From the NCBI GenBank assembly GCA_002633005.1, contig NMRA01000029.1, positions 1,212,086-1,276,085 on the forward strand: a DNA stretch of 64,000 nt. The letters run 5' to 3'. Shown one piece after another: positions 40,300 to 53,147 of the stretch. The DNA is from Phoronis australis. Lineage: Eukaryota > Animalia > Phoronida. The translations under genes were made by a program, and so were the position numbers. The notes under the pieces were generated by a model. The model made no database searches and was not told where the DNA came from. It saw only the letters and a list, made by a program, of their open reading frames with translations. Within the stretch, counting starts at the first letter, position 1. Every line of letters begins with the position of its first letter.

Positions 40300-41560
40300 T
40301 CATACTGGACCTTGGATACTGTCAGTCAACAGAACTAACAATTTTTGAATGACTACTTCCAGTGGTGTTGTGAGTGGAACCATGTCCAGATGGTGTCTCT
40401 TCTCGAAAGTCATTGTTGTCCCAGACAACTGTTACTGGCAAAGACTATCCAAACCCATTTGGCAATATGGTTTTCTTTTTGAGGTTCATGTCCGCTATTG
40501 CAGTATCAAGCTCTAGGACAGATGTATGTGAGACACAGTGTCCAAATCCATTAATAAAGGTGATCAATGACAATGACCAAGTCATGTGACGCAATATCAT
40601 TCCAATAGAGTACTGTTTGAGCAAAACTGTTCGCCACCTTCAGGCTGACCATAAATATATTAGGTATTGTGCAATAGAGTATACAACATTAGATACACCA
40701 GGCTTTAGTTCAACAATAGTTTCATGATTTATTTCCTCACTTGCACCAACAGTCCATGCAATGAAATTGAACAACTTGACAGGTACAATCTGCTTCACTG
40801 TCTTGTTCTAAGCCAGGATCCTCCACAGTGTGAGATCAAACACTGTTGCCTTTAAAATACTTCGTGACGTTTCTCAAAACAATAGCTTAGTGTACATTGA
40901 TTTTGTTTCATCCAGCAAGTCAAAGTGTAACACATGTGGGTCATCCGAGTCACTATCAGGAGATTCTTAATATTCAGCAAGAGATTCAGAGTTAAACAGT
41001 ACCAATTCACTCTTTAAAAATATATGAGCACAGCCCCAGAAATCGCTTTCGCATTATGTCCAGGTTCTCATTCACTCGCTTGCGCACATTCACAAGTAAG
41101 ACCGAGCTCAGAGGAATAGGAGACCCCTTTGTGCAATGCTCGAATATCAGCCAGTGAAGCCAGGATTTGAACCCAGATCTCCCAAGCAGGTGTCTGGAGC
41201 TCTAACCACTGAGCCACACTCTGATTCCGCTTTGGTTTAAGGAATTGCAGGTTAGGGTAAATTCTCTGTAATTTCGATTTCAGATGTCCATTTCGGACAC
41301 ATACACTGCAACCTCTTTTAGACAAAGTTTCCTCGAGGAGTGACTTTAACAGAGTGAAACGCAATATTTCCCCATGTGAGTTTGTTCGTTGCTTGAAATA
41401 CATCTGTGAAAATTTCAGTGCTTTCACTATCGCCAGATTCCGGTTTTGTCAGTGGTCTTGTGAGGCTTTTGTAGCAAGAACGATGGTTTGCGGCTTCAGG
41501 TGCTACCACTCTGATCAAAAGTTCCATGTCATTTCCTGCCTTGGCAGCATCCAAAACCAA
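40300..41560 (-). pseudogene. Degraded Academ transposase, N-terminal and central region
   Basis: Fragments VAPEAANHRSCYKSLTR, LKSKLQRIYPNLQF, VPVKLFNFIAWT, GMILRHMT, NGFGHCVS..VLELDTAIA, WDNNDFREETPSGHGST. Confidence 0.65.
41014..41216 (-). mobile_element. tRNA-derived SINE with 6-bp TSD, inserted in the Academ CDS
   Basis: A box tggctcagtggttagagc and B box gggttcaaatcc. cactct is duplicated at 41008-41013 and 41217-41222. Removing the SINE restores KPKRNQSELV. Confidence 0.8.
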
Positions 41561-42123
41561 TCCACTTACAATCATGCAAATCAAAAATGAAAACTGTTGT
41601 TAGAATTAAAAAAATATGGAGAGCATTGTAGGCCTGTCCTACAAAACGATAGATGTTGACATGCACTGAATTCTTTATTACAATAACCGGATGAAAGTGC
41701 AAAGAATGATCAAAAGACAGATAGAAAACACTCAAAATAAGACGTGTATATACAAGGCCTAGCCGGCTGTGCTCAAAAGTGAAAAAGATTCCCATGGGTT
41801 TGTATGCAAAATGCTCATGAAAAAGAAATTTTGTTTGAAAATTAGCATACAATTTCAGATATGAACAAAAGTCTTTACAATCATTCAAATATTCTAAATT
41901 GTACTTTCCTTCAAATAAATTTTGTTATTTCATATAACACATAATAGTGGAACTGTTGAATATATTGTTCCGAAAACACAGCACAAAATGTAATGTGTAA
42001 GCAAACCACCAACAAACAATGTTGAATGAGAAGCAACTCAATAAAAATGAGTGTTATCAAAATATATGCTATTTGTAACAGAATAACAAACAATACCTGT
42101 TATATAATGAAAACTGGACAGTG

Positions 42124-43372
42124 AGTAGTATAGTAAGTCATTTAGGAGGCCCGATTGGGAATGTCTCTGGTCAAAGGTCATAGGTCAAAGGCGAAAGGTC
42201 AAATGTCAAATGTGGCGAGTGTAACCAGAAGTGCCGTCATCAGCCTACCGGAAGAAAGTGTCAATGACGTCACACCTCATGACGTAATAGGTTTAATTGG
42301 ACCCGTTAGAGAGGCTTCTCGATCCAAGGTCAGACGTGTAAGACGTCGGTAAACCGGAAGACGAGCTCGAATTGGAAATCACGTGACTGCTGACGTGTTT
42401 AGGCAAGTTAGGGCGTGGCACCGCTCATCATCCGGATGTTCTGACACTAAAAAGACATTGTTCAACGGATCGAGAGCTGAAACGAAATAGGGGTTACCTT
42501 GCTGAATAAGAACAAAAGGTGGATTACCTTACTTCGCGTGCGCCAAGTGTCGTAGCTGAATTATCCCCTTGGTTCTCTCTCCTTTCTCAACAACAAAAAT
42601 TGCACCATCTCATCTCTCAGCAACAGATGTCGCGTATATCTATCCTAGGTACCGACGGTACTCAATTAACAATACTAATAATAACTCACTGAAATTCCTC
42701 GCCTTGTCGATTTCATTTCTCTGGCGTAGTACTCCTGGTACCGTCGTACTCCTTTACACCTAAAATGAGATTGACCTTCGTCCGCCCCCAGGTAATACGG
42801 TTTTAGCAAAACGCGATGTAGCGATTCCCTTTCGAATTCCAACTTCGTTAAACCGGGTGTGAGCGTAGTATTTTCCTCTGTGCTTCACTGCTGTGTCGGA
42901 CCAGACTCAGGTCACATATATTAACGTGTTCGATAACATAAGTTTTCTTGCGTAAGTTTTCTTCAAGTATTTTCCTCTGTCTCGGACTAGACACGTGTCC
43001 CATCAATTAACGCGTTTGATTACATCAGTTTTCTTACGTGTAAAACGCAATGTTTGCTTGGCACAGGGCTGACTTCGAGTGTGTTGGACTAAGACATGCA
43101 AAATATCGTGGAGCGGAAAGACATTGTTTAGAGTCAGAAAGTGAAAATGTATAATTTCAATCTTTGGCTGGCTTTGATTCCCTTATTTTCACTTTCACAG
43201 GTCCAATTAAACCTATTGCGTCATAAGGTGTGACGTCATTGACACCTCCTTCCGGTAGAGTGATGACGTCACTGCCAGTTGCACTCGGCATACTTGACCT
43301 TTGACCTTTCACCTATGACCTTTGGCCAGAGACCCTCCCAAACGGGCCTCCTAAATGACTTACTATATTACT
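42124..43372. mobile_element. Non-autonomous Polinton/Maverick-like element
   Basis: About 175-bp TIRs (42124-42303 and 43200-43372) beginning agtagtatagtaag / agtaatatagtaag. 6-bp flanks acagtg / acactg (5 of 6 match). Confidence 0.7.
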
Positions 43373-44124
43373 ACACTGGCTTTTTCTTCCTTTTTCTAGA
43401 GAAGCTGTCCAGCGCATACTTGTTTTGTTAACAAATGATGCATTCTGGTAGAAGTATATGATCACTTATCCTGGAAACTTTGCCAGCTCAGAATGTTGTC
43501 TAGATTTTCTAAGCGGCTACAGTAATTTTGAAAATAATATTTTTTCATTCTTAGATCATGTGCGCGAACGTGCACCTACATCTGAATTTCAGACACCTAT
43601 GCGCCTTTTAGCAAAACCTGTGAGCAAAAGTAGTTTGAAAATGTATACATGTAGGTGGTGCTCCAGGTGTAGGTTCAATCTGTAGTCAATAGTTACATTG
43701 ATGGGCAATTACCTGGGCCTAGTGTGTAATTTCCAAATTCAGACTCAAAGCCTAACCGTCCACACTGCACAATTTACGTGAATTTACTCAAATTGTGGCA
43801 TGGAATTGGTCAATTTTCGAGCTGAGCTTCGAGTAAGGAGATTATACCCCACCCCTGGATATTATGCAAAGTATAATTTTGATAGGTAACTTAAACCATG
43901 CCTACAGTTATGGTTACTGAGAAAAGAACAACGTACACAGAAGAAAATGTTCACCTTGTTATTGGGTTATATGTCCTACCTGCAATTGAATGCCAGCACA
44001 CGGGCCTGTTATTCAACGAATTGCATGGATGCTCGATTCAAACATAAGCAGGCTAGACACCAAGTCCAGGAAACAGAGTCCTTTTACCAGTTGTGCTTAC
44101 GATGGCTTTCCAGTCTGTTCGTAT

Positions 44125-44360
44125 CTTAGCAACTCGCACCCAAGTCAACTCCTACCCGTGCTGAAACGTAACTGATTAATTAATATCTTTTTCATTCACT
44201 AAATAACAGGTAATATTGAGTCGCTGTGCATAAATATGACATGATTGATTGATTTTAATCAATGCTTTGCCAAATTAAAAAGTTTTGTAATACTTTTGGA
44301 ATTCGACTTGGGTACGAATTAACTTGGGTACGAATTGACTTGGGTACGAGTTGACTTGTC
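44125..44360. mobile_element. Small MITE with 15-bp subterminal tandem repeats
   Basis: (gacttgggtacgaatt)-type array at 44305-44358, inverted relative to caactcgcacccaagtcaactc at 44130. Confidence 0.6.
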
Positions 44361-44869
44361 TTTGAAGCGACCTGTTTCGCATTGAGGCACTCACTGACTA
44401 CGCTGACTCAGTGACTTGCGTCAATCTAGGAATTGGTTCCTGGCGTCAATTTATCAAACTCCCAGAAACAAATTAGCACTTACCATCATCATTTTCGCCA
44501 TCAGAGTGTTCTGTTCTGGGCATACTTCGTTGTTTCACAATTTTTCTTTTTGCTCTTTCAATCTTCGTTACGTCATTAAGATTTATATAGCATGCCTTGT
44601 GATACTGGAGCCCAAATTAACCAATCCGTGAAGTTACTTGATGCAAATGCAAACTGCTGACTCACATTGTGTTCATTCCTCTCTTCATCTCTTAGGGAAA
44701 GCCATTCCTTCACTGAGTCAATACTTTTTGCCCATGTCAGGCGAGAAACTCAACAGATCCGATGAACTTACTGCTTGAAAGTTCCTGCAGCGTTTACCGA
44801 AAGCATCTTCATAGGGAGCCGTCATGTTAGAATAGGTCTGCAGTTACTCACTTTCTGAGCTTGTGATTG

Positions 44870-45447
44870 GCTTAAGATGCCATCTCGTGTTAGCCTTGTG
44901 TTGGATTTTGCGCCACCTCTTGTTCAATAATGTATGATTCGGACTTAAGAAAACTGTTTTTCTACAAAATATGTGCAACTTAAAACATAGGAACTTTTCA
45001 GGTATAAATTGCCTGATGGTATATCTAGCAATACAGAAAATAAATCAAGTTGCCCCTTGATATGGTCACAAGATGAAAAGACTGGAGCTACGGTCCATGG
45101 CCTATACACTACAGACGACAGCGGCACCGCGACTGCGATCAACTTGTCTTTCAACCGTGAACAGAACACACAGAATGAAAGACAATGTATCATATTATTA
45201 AATGACAAATAATCCTTACCTTTCTGGATCCTTAGGAAAGGTAAAAAATGACACGTCAGGGTTTTTTGTGGATGAATTAGTACAGTTTATAGCACTACAA
45301 AATGCGCCCGTCCCCATTGCTCTTGGACTTCCTACTTGACTGTTGCTTATTCACCGCTTGGCGGCGCGAGTAGCAGCGATAACAGCAAACTCGCAAGTAA
45401 GCTCTCCTATTATACTGTACTTCTTGGTTGAAGCTAGAAGACTTGCT
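44870..45447 (-). pseudogene. THAP-domain relic, paralogue of 24830-25060
   Basis: Intact first exon 45317-45220, MGTGAFCSAINCTNSSTKNPDVSFFTFPKDPER followed by gtaag. Degenerate downstream piece SYVLSCTYFVEKQF..RLTRDGI. Confidence 0.7.
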
Positions 45448-45569
45448 ACAGTGTACAGAAAAAATTGTACAACAGGACCATCTCTTGGAAGATTCTAAGG
45501 AGGATCTTGGCTAGGGTAAGGGTTAACGAACAGGAAGTTAACTAAGAGCTTGTCACATGCACCATCGGC

Positions 45570-45747
45570 AGAGGATACTGCCTGCAAAGTTGCGTGACGA
45601 GAGACTGTGACCAGTAAGAGAAATCGCGGGTAGAAGATACTGCCTACAAGTGTTCCGTCACAAGACAGCAAAAGACCAGCAAGAGAAATCGTGGTAGAAT
45701 ATAATGCCAGCAAATGTTGCGTCACGAGAGACTGTGGCCAGCAAGTA
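45570..45747. repeat. Degenerate tandem repeat of about 63 bp, about 3 copies
   Basis: aga.gatactgcc..gagactgtg.ccag.aagagaaatcg recurs at 45570, 45632 and 45696. Confidence 0.7.
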
Positions 45748-48671
45748 CGATGTCGCAGTACAGTGTGTGTTAGTTGGACGTTTCACCAACAGGACTTTCA
45801 TTCAACGATCGAATCCTACCTCTTGGATAGCAGATAAGAGGTTTGATTATTTTTGTTAATTGACAGGTTATCCCCACAGAGGACGTTAGCGTAGCTACTC
45901 TTCTTCATTGTAGTCTCTTTAATTAACAACATGTTTCACTTGTTTTATTTAGTGATTATCATATGTTAAATTAACTATTGTATTTAATCATTCTCTCTTC
46001 ATCCACGCACAATCTTAACTTGAAAGTATAAGTACCTTTTAAACAAACCCACAGTCAACTTCTGACAGGTTCTTTTGCAAAAATGTTTTGGACAAGTCTG
46101 GAATGATGGTACTTTAAATTAACCCAGCGTTTATAGTTATATGACAACCTGCGTTTCTTACTAAAAATGGCCACCGAATATGGACCTTGATTGTGATTTA
46201 CCCGAGTGCCTGACCCTGTACTGCACGTAGATCTTCAACTGATGTTAGGCTGAGTACGTTGTCTGTGGGCAGAAAAGTTCAGTCAATGTCCTTCGGACTG
46301 GCACAGTAAATACACCCAATAAAATTCTTTCCCCCTCATTTCCAATCTTGATTTTTTTATAGTAACCGATATCAGTAAAAGAGAAAAGAAAAACAACGTA
46401 ACACCTAGCACAATTGGCATCAATTTTGAAATATCAGTGGTATCCACGCCCAGTTTAAACCTGTCGCTTCGACAGGTTTGCCAATATTCCCGTCAGGTTT
46501 GGGTAACCAGCACTGCAACATTCAGGCTTTGTTTTGCCCATAACAAAGAATGGTTGCCAGTTTGACAGGTTTGGAATCTCAGTTCTGAAGAACACTCACT
46601 ATGTAACATGTCACACATTACAAAATGAAAAAAGCTTTTTGCCATTAAAAGAAAGAACCCAAGAACCCAACGGATGTTATGCCATTGAGGCAAACGGGTT
46701 TGTACAGGCACCAGTTTCGAAATATTCTGTCAAGTTAATAAATGACTGTCATTTTGGGCTGATTTAGGTGAACACCTGACCTGATGAGGGACCCCCTGAA
46801 CACTTGTTTACAATTTAATATGGAAATGCAAAAATGTGGTGATTGAGTACTTTTCCTGACCATAACACTTGCCTCACTAGGCTAGTTCGAAGACAAAACC
46901 AGTAAACTCCGGCGTGATAGTGCATGGGCATCGGTTCGCTTTTCCAATAAATGACAAAGTGGACCTAGCTGCACTAAAGACTGGAATAAAGGTTATCTCT
47001 AACATTAAAGTACTTTTAACGGGAAAAATAAGCGATGAACTCACGCAGTCCAGTGGTCGTGGTTTCGCAGTATGTGAATGGATTTGACCGCAGCTCACGC
47101 GGAGTACTCGTACGCGGCCGCAAACGAGTGCATGTAAAATGCCGAGGCCACGCATTCGCTTCACTCGATTTTCGGAAAATTAATTCGCGTTTACATCGTT
47201 TCTTTGATGTTTCTCGCCGCCAATTATTCAGCACGCTTTACCTATTTGGCGTACATGGTAAACACAGCCGGCGGACAAATACCCCCAAATAGTATTTGGC
47301 TTCGAGAAAAGTGCGTTTGCCAAATCGGAGTTGAAGAGCTGTGAAGACACTACTCGGTGAGACAAAGAAAAAAACACGCCGGGGTTTTGCGGCAGCAGAA
47401 CCTGGCGCTTTTCCATCGTGGAACGAGAGGGAAGGAGGCGTTGGGTGGGCGCGTGTGTTTGCGCTGCCGCTTTTGAGTTGTTTTTGTGGCAAAGCCAACA
47501 TCTAGACCTCGTGTTAGTGTTCCAATATATAAGCTAGATACATGTACCTATCTCATAGAACACGTTATAAACCCCACAGGGCCATAGAAAGCATCTGCTA
47601 ACAGACAAATTCAACTTCAATTCGTCAAACTTTGTCACCGTGGTACGGCGCAAATTTTCTCCCCTGACTTCCAGTGGCCATTCCGTAAATGGAAGTAAAT
47701 AGTCATTTACAAACAACCTTTTAAGATTTAAAAATAGTTATTTCCAATATGCGTAGAACCTTTAAAACAATGTTGGTGGATCACGTGAAAACATAAACAA
47801 TGTAAAGCACAATTGTGCTATTCTATGTTCAGCGAAACATGAAAGATGCAAAAATTTAATATTGATGAGAATGTACCTAAGTTATTATACTTTTAATTTG
47901 TGTCTCTTAATTGTTAAGGTTTGTTCAATATTGCTACAAAAATTGGCACATGTGTTTTCGATGTTATTCAGTCATTTATGAACGTAACTAAACGCATGTT
48001 ACTAATGAACTTGCATCCTAATTCCTTATCTCAGTAATTGGTTTGGCAAATTAGTTAGGAACACGACATGTAGCGAAGATATGAAGCAGGTTGAAAATTC
48101 AAGAATCTTTTTAAGAACGAGTTGTGTATAACAAAATGATCCGCCGTAGATCTCTCACCCTGTCCAGTAAATATCGTGACGTGGTGTTGGGAATAGCTGG
48201 GAATAGCGCTGCATGATGAGGGCTATAGTGGGCCCCAATGTATGTCATTAGTGCAGAATTTTTAGTTTTCACATTTGTAAGTCGCCAATGAATACAAATG
48301 CAATCTGTTTAGCGTAGATTATGCTAATGTAGCATAGTAGTTTAGTTCATGCTATATATTATCATAGATAGGGTCGTGGAAATACCTCGTTAAGGAAAAT
48401 GCCGAGACTTGAGGAAGGTTTTTGTGCTTAAGAACAGGAAAAATAAATTGGCAAAATATAACAAAAAACTTCACAATCTTAACTTAAGAGAAGCTCAGAA
48501 TAAGGCCCCTGATTTGAAATTAGAAGCACTGCTTGTGACTCGTTCCAATTTAAAAGTCCGTTTTTTGGGAAATAAGCTCTGAAGTTTATATGGATAATAG
48601 AAAGGTAAAAGTCTATGACGGTTACTGAATAATTATAATCTTAGTATCGAAAAATCCCGGTATTCTTGTAG

Positions 48672-48905
48672 CCGATTTCACCAAGTGCTGGGGACCGTTG
48701 GACGGATACTATATCGGTACCAAGAACACTGCTGAAACTGGAGGACTTTGTAAACAATGGAAGGACGTGAATGTGCAGATCTCAAAGAAATTTCAGCTCA
48801 CTGACAAAAATTATTGTCGAAATCTTGGCTCGACTGTAGGAGAGGGAGTGTGGTGCTTCGTAGACGATAAACTTCCCCAACCCTGTAATGTACGGTCGTG
48901 TAACC
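48672..48905 (+). CDS. Mosaic gene exon: kringle domain 2
   Basis: ttcttgtag acceptor and gtgagt donor; 234 nt, phase 1-1. KCWGPLDGYYIGTKN..LCKQW..NYCRN..VWCF..PCNVRSC. Confidence 0.93.
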
Positions 48906-49091
48906 GTGAGTATTTTAACATGGGTGGCGACTGAGTACAGGCAGACAAAAATTGGTCATTCGTGAACGGTGAAATTGCTCAAGGTGGATCATCATTTCGT
49001 TTAGTGTAAGAAAAAAATTGGTAATGTGTAGAGTCTAAAACCTGTTTTCAGTCACAGACGGCACCATAAAGGAAGCCTTTATTTCTTGCAG

Positions 49092-49331
49092 CTTTACGAA
49101 AAGTATTACAAGCAAACTTCAACAACAAAAGTAATAAAATCTCATGGAGATTGCCTAGTGGACCAAGGGAGCACTTCAAAATCACTTGTCCCAAAGGGCA
49201 CTTAATTGTTGGCCCAATGACAGAAACGGCTACCTGCACAGATCTTGAGCCAGGATCCTTGTACTCTATATCGGTGACTACAGAACATTCTCACTTCTCT
49301 GCGATTGAAGTTCAACTTAAAGCGAAGACGG
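49092..49331 (+). CDS. Mosaic gene exon: fibronectin type III domain 1
   Basis: tttcttgcag acceptor and gtacgt donor; 240 nt, phase 1-1. ISWRLPSG..FKITC..ATCTDLEPGSLYSISVTT. Confidence 0.88.
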
Positions 49332-50254
49332 GTACGTATAAAACAGGCTTAAATTGCAATGTCTGGATGGTATACTAACGTACATGTACTTCAAAGGGTT
49401 TAAGGCTGTATATTGTTTTATTCTGATTAGCTGGCTAAAAACGAAAATCAAACTGGACGTTCTTCAGTTTAGTCCCATTATTTGGTTTCATAATATTCCT
49501 TGGCGTGACAAGATTCCATTTTCGCAACCAACTCATATCACATCAGTCCTCAAGTGGCTATCCGTCGTCCGCAAGTCCGTTCGCCTGGAACTGACAAACG
49601 ACATGTCGTGGAAATCCGCAAAATTACAATTAACGGGAAAATGAAGCAGAAGAAGTAACCAAGAGCAGAATTGTTCAGTTAGCATTGCGTTTGACGAAAG
49701 ACGAATGTCAGGCTTTTCGATAATATCAGATCTGGGCACCGGTTCTATTCTTTTTACACAAAACCAAACTTTAAAACTTTTTTAAGTTTCCGTTACCCTC
49801 TAATGCAAACCTTAGATAATTATCTATCATTCTATGCTCGAATACATAATCCAAATTCGGAGAAGATGAAAACTCACATAAAACTTGAAATTTCGAGTAA
49901 AAAATCGATATTTTTAGTTCAGACTCACAACTGGAGTCAGAAAGACTTCCACTTAAACCGTAATGCACTCGAGAACAGAATAATAGACATTTATCTTGAG
50001 TTCATACTGAATAGAAACATGTTAAAATGACTCGATTTCGAGCGAACGTGTTAGACCACGGGTCCAAGAGGTAACCTGACTCCATCTAAGTAAGATGACG
50101 CGAAAGTTTTGGCTTACGAAGTAAATGCTTATCACAGATAACGTGTTCATTATTCTCATGCAAGCCGAATATACACTGTACAGTCAAGTTTCTGGTACCT
50201 GAATTGATACTCGGATAGTGAGGTTATGTTTTTCGGTTGCCCAGTGGGCATTAA

Positions 50255-52205
50255 AGTCATATGATCCGTTTGTAGACGTTTTAAAACATCGTGAATCTGC
50301 ATAAAAACCATTGAAACATACTCTCTGACACTTAATTAGAACCTTTCGTAAGTATGGGGTCTATCTGCTGCCTGTACATATTTTTTCTTTTATTTTTTAT
50401 TTTCTTAAAATCTGCGTGATCAAAACAAACGAATGTTGCCCATAATGCTGTGCGGTTTGACCTTTCGGCAACTAATCAGCTGTTTCCGGTACTGCTCCGA
50501 AGAAGAGAAGTTCGCCTTAACCAGGTAATTTATTCGTTTCTTGAACATTTTGATGACGATATTGCTCCCTGTATGAGCTGAACAGTCTAACTATTACTCT
50601 TAGAATTAGATGAAACCATTACCTGTGGGAAAATTACGTACTCAATTTGATAGTAATCGTNNNNNNNNNNNNNNNNNNNNNNNNNNNNNNNNNNNNNNNN
50701 NNNNNNNNNNNNNNNNNNNNNNNNNNNNNNNNNNNNNNNNNNNNNNNNNNNNNNNNNNNNNNNNNNNNNNNNNNNNNNNNNNNNNNNNNNNNNNNNNNNN
50801 NNNNNNNNNNNNNNNNNNNNNNNNNNNNNNNNNNNNNNNNNNNNNNNNNNNNNNNNNNNNNNNNNNNNNNNNNNNNNNNNNNNNNNNNNNNNNNNNNNNN
50901 NNNNNNNNNNNNNNNNNNNNNNNNNNNNNNNNNNNNNNNNNNNNNNNNNNNNNNNNNNNNNNNNNNNNNNNNNNNNNNNNNNNNNNNNNNNNNNNNNNNN
51001 NNNNNNNNNNNNNNNNNNNNNNNNNNNNNNNNNNNNNNNNNNNNNNNNNNNNNNNNNNNNNNNNNNNNNNNNNNNNNNNNNNNNNNNNNNNNNNNNNNNN
51101 NNNNNNNNNNNNNNNNNNNNNNNNNNNNNNNNNNNNNNNNNNNNNNNNNNNNNNNNNNNNNNNNNNNNNNNNNNNNNNNNNNNNNNNNNNNNNNNNNNNN
51201 NNNNNNNNNNNNNNNNNNNNNNNNNNNNNNNNNNNNNNNNNNNNNNNNNNNNNNNNNNNNNNNNNNNNNNNNNNNNNNNNNNNNNNNNNNNNNNNNNNNN
51301 NNNNNNNNNNNNNNNNNNNNNNNNNNNNNNNNNNNNNNNNNNNNNNNNNNNNNNNNNNNNNNNNNNTGCAACTCCCCAAAACATCGCCATGTCGACGTTA
51401 GAATGAAAGGGCCTTACCAGTTTTAACTACATGTTAAAACACTAACATGGTGTAACTAGTCCGGGTCAGCGTGAATCAGTACTACTACTAGTACTAGTAG
51501 TATTAGAACAAAAACTGAACAGCTGATCGAATTGTAGCCAGCCAGCTAGCTGTATGATGACTGTATATTATACAGCTTTGTACCAAGGCTAATCGAATTG
51601 AGGCTCTTCAAAATGATTCGGGTCCGATGTATGCTGACTGAGATCAGTCACCCATCAGTGAATGCTCTAAACGTGTATACGAGTCATTGAACATTCCACA
51701 AACAGCACACTTACTGACTTATACTTGTCCATCGAAAGCCTGGTATTTGTTGTAATGTAAAGCCTTCACGAGTTCGAACATTCAGTCTTGTCCTCATTGT
51801 TTCTCACCTATCGAACGAGTCGATTACAGGTACAAGGTTTGTTGGTAATGCCGCTTTTTGTACTGGCTAACACGTCTTTTTTCTGAATCTCGTAGAGCAG
51901 GACGACTGCGTTTCGCCTTCGGACGTACACTTCATAGATCTACTTCTCCCCGCCATTTGTATAAATTCTGTTGACCTCTAGATCTGTGGCTGCGCATGCG
52001 TTGTTGTAATGCTTATAATCTGTTTAGCGGTCGGGATACTAAATTCTTTGTAAACATTTCATTCGTTTGTAGTATTTACAACGATTTTGTTCAAACTTTT
52101 TGCACAAGTTGAAAGTTAATAACTTTTTGAACTCCATGTCACATCAAAAAACCGGCTTAAACGGCGTTAAGAGGTTTTTTCTTCTATAACTCGGACCATA
52201 GGCCT
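50255..52205. mobile_element. TTAA-specific (Kolobok-like) non-autonomous element present in one haplotype
   Basis: TTAA at 50251-50254 and 52206-52209; imperfect TIR agtcatatgatccg / cggaccataggcct. The empty site ggca-ttaa-cacgg is at 52847-52859. Confidence 0.8.
50661..51365. other. Assembly gap
   Basis: Run of N. Confidence 1.
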
Positions 52206-52452
52206 TTAACACGGAGTTAAACATTGTAATAAAATTATTTTAATGAGGCGATCAACCTGCATCCAGGGACTATGCTCTTTTGGTTTCATGGCATCTTCAT
52301 TAGATTATGTGGTCAGAAAGCAAACAAATCTCCCAGTTCCTAAAACGGTATGCGTTCAATAACGCTAGGACCTATGCTAGTACCCTAGCAAAAACCAAGC
52401 CAAAGTCACGTGTTCTCATGTGAAATAAGCCGCAATATCTCTCGTAATCTCN

Positions 52453-53096
52453 AGATGAAAACTCACATAAAACTCGAAATTTCGAGTAAAAAATCGATAT
52501 TTTTAGTTCAGACTCACAACTGGAGTCAGAAAGACTTCCACTTAAACCGTAATGCACTCGAGAACAGAATAATAGACATTTATCTTGAGTTCATACTGAA
52601 ACGAAATATGTTAAAATGACTCGATTTCGAGTGAACGTGTTAGACCACGGGTCCAAGAGGTACAGTACATGTAACCTGACTCCATCTAAGTAAGATGACG
52701 CGAAAGTTTTGGCTTACGAAGTAAATGCTTATCACAGATAACGTGTTCATTATTCTCATGCAAGCCGAATATACACTGTACAGTCAAGTTTCTGGTACCT
52801 GAATTGATACTCGGATAGTGAGGTTATGTTTTTCGGTTGCACAGTCGGCATTAACACGGAGTTAAACATTGTAATAAAATTATTTTAATGAGGCGATCAA
52901 CCTTCATCCAGGGACTATGCTCTTTTGGTTTCATGGCATCTTCATTAGATTTTGTGGTCAGAAAGCAAACAAATCTCCCAGTTCCTAAAACGGTATGCGT
53001 TCAATAACGCTAGGACTTATGCTAGTACCCTAGCAAAAACCAAGCCAAAGTCACGCGTTCTCATGTGAAATAAGCCGCAATATCTCTCGTAATCTC
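52453..53096. other. Second haplotype copy of 49864-50254 plus 52210-52451, joined at a single N (52452)
   Basis: Near-identical sequence that lacks the 50255-52205 insert. Confidence 0.85.
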
Positions 53097-53147
53097 GCGA
53101 AGTCTTTCTGTTTAGCGGGGCCCTCGCGTTACTGAACGGGAGGCTGC
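52995..53147 (-). repeat. Short hairpin-type dispersed repeat, inverted paralogue at 32192-32330
   Basis: cagcctcccgttcagtaacgc and gacttcgcgagattacg at 32192-32250 match the reverse complement here. Confidence 0.7.

Noticed and set aside
46781-46805. CTGATGA-GGG..CCC hammerhead-like motif
   Set aside because: No GAAA or stem III follows (ctgaac).
50587-51426. Long ORFs in the ORF track
   Set aside because: Artefacts of the N gap; the same applies at 30391-30645.
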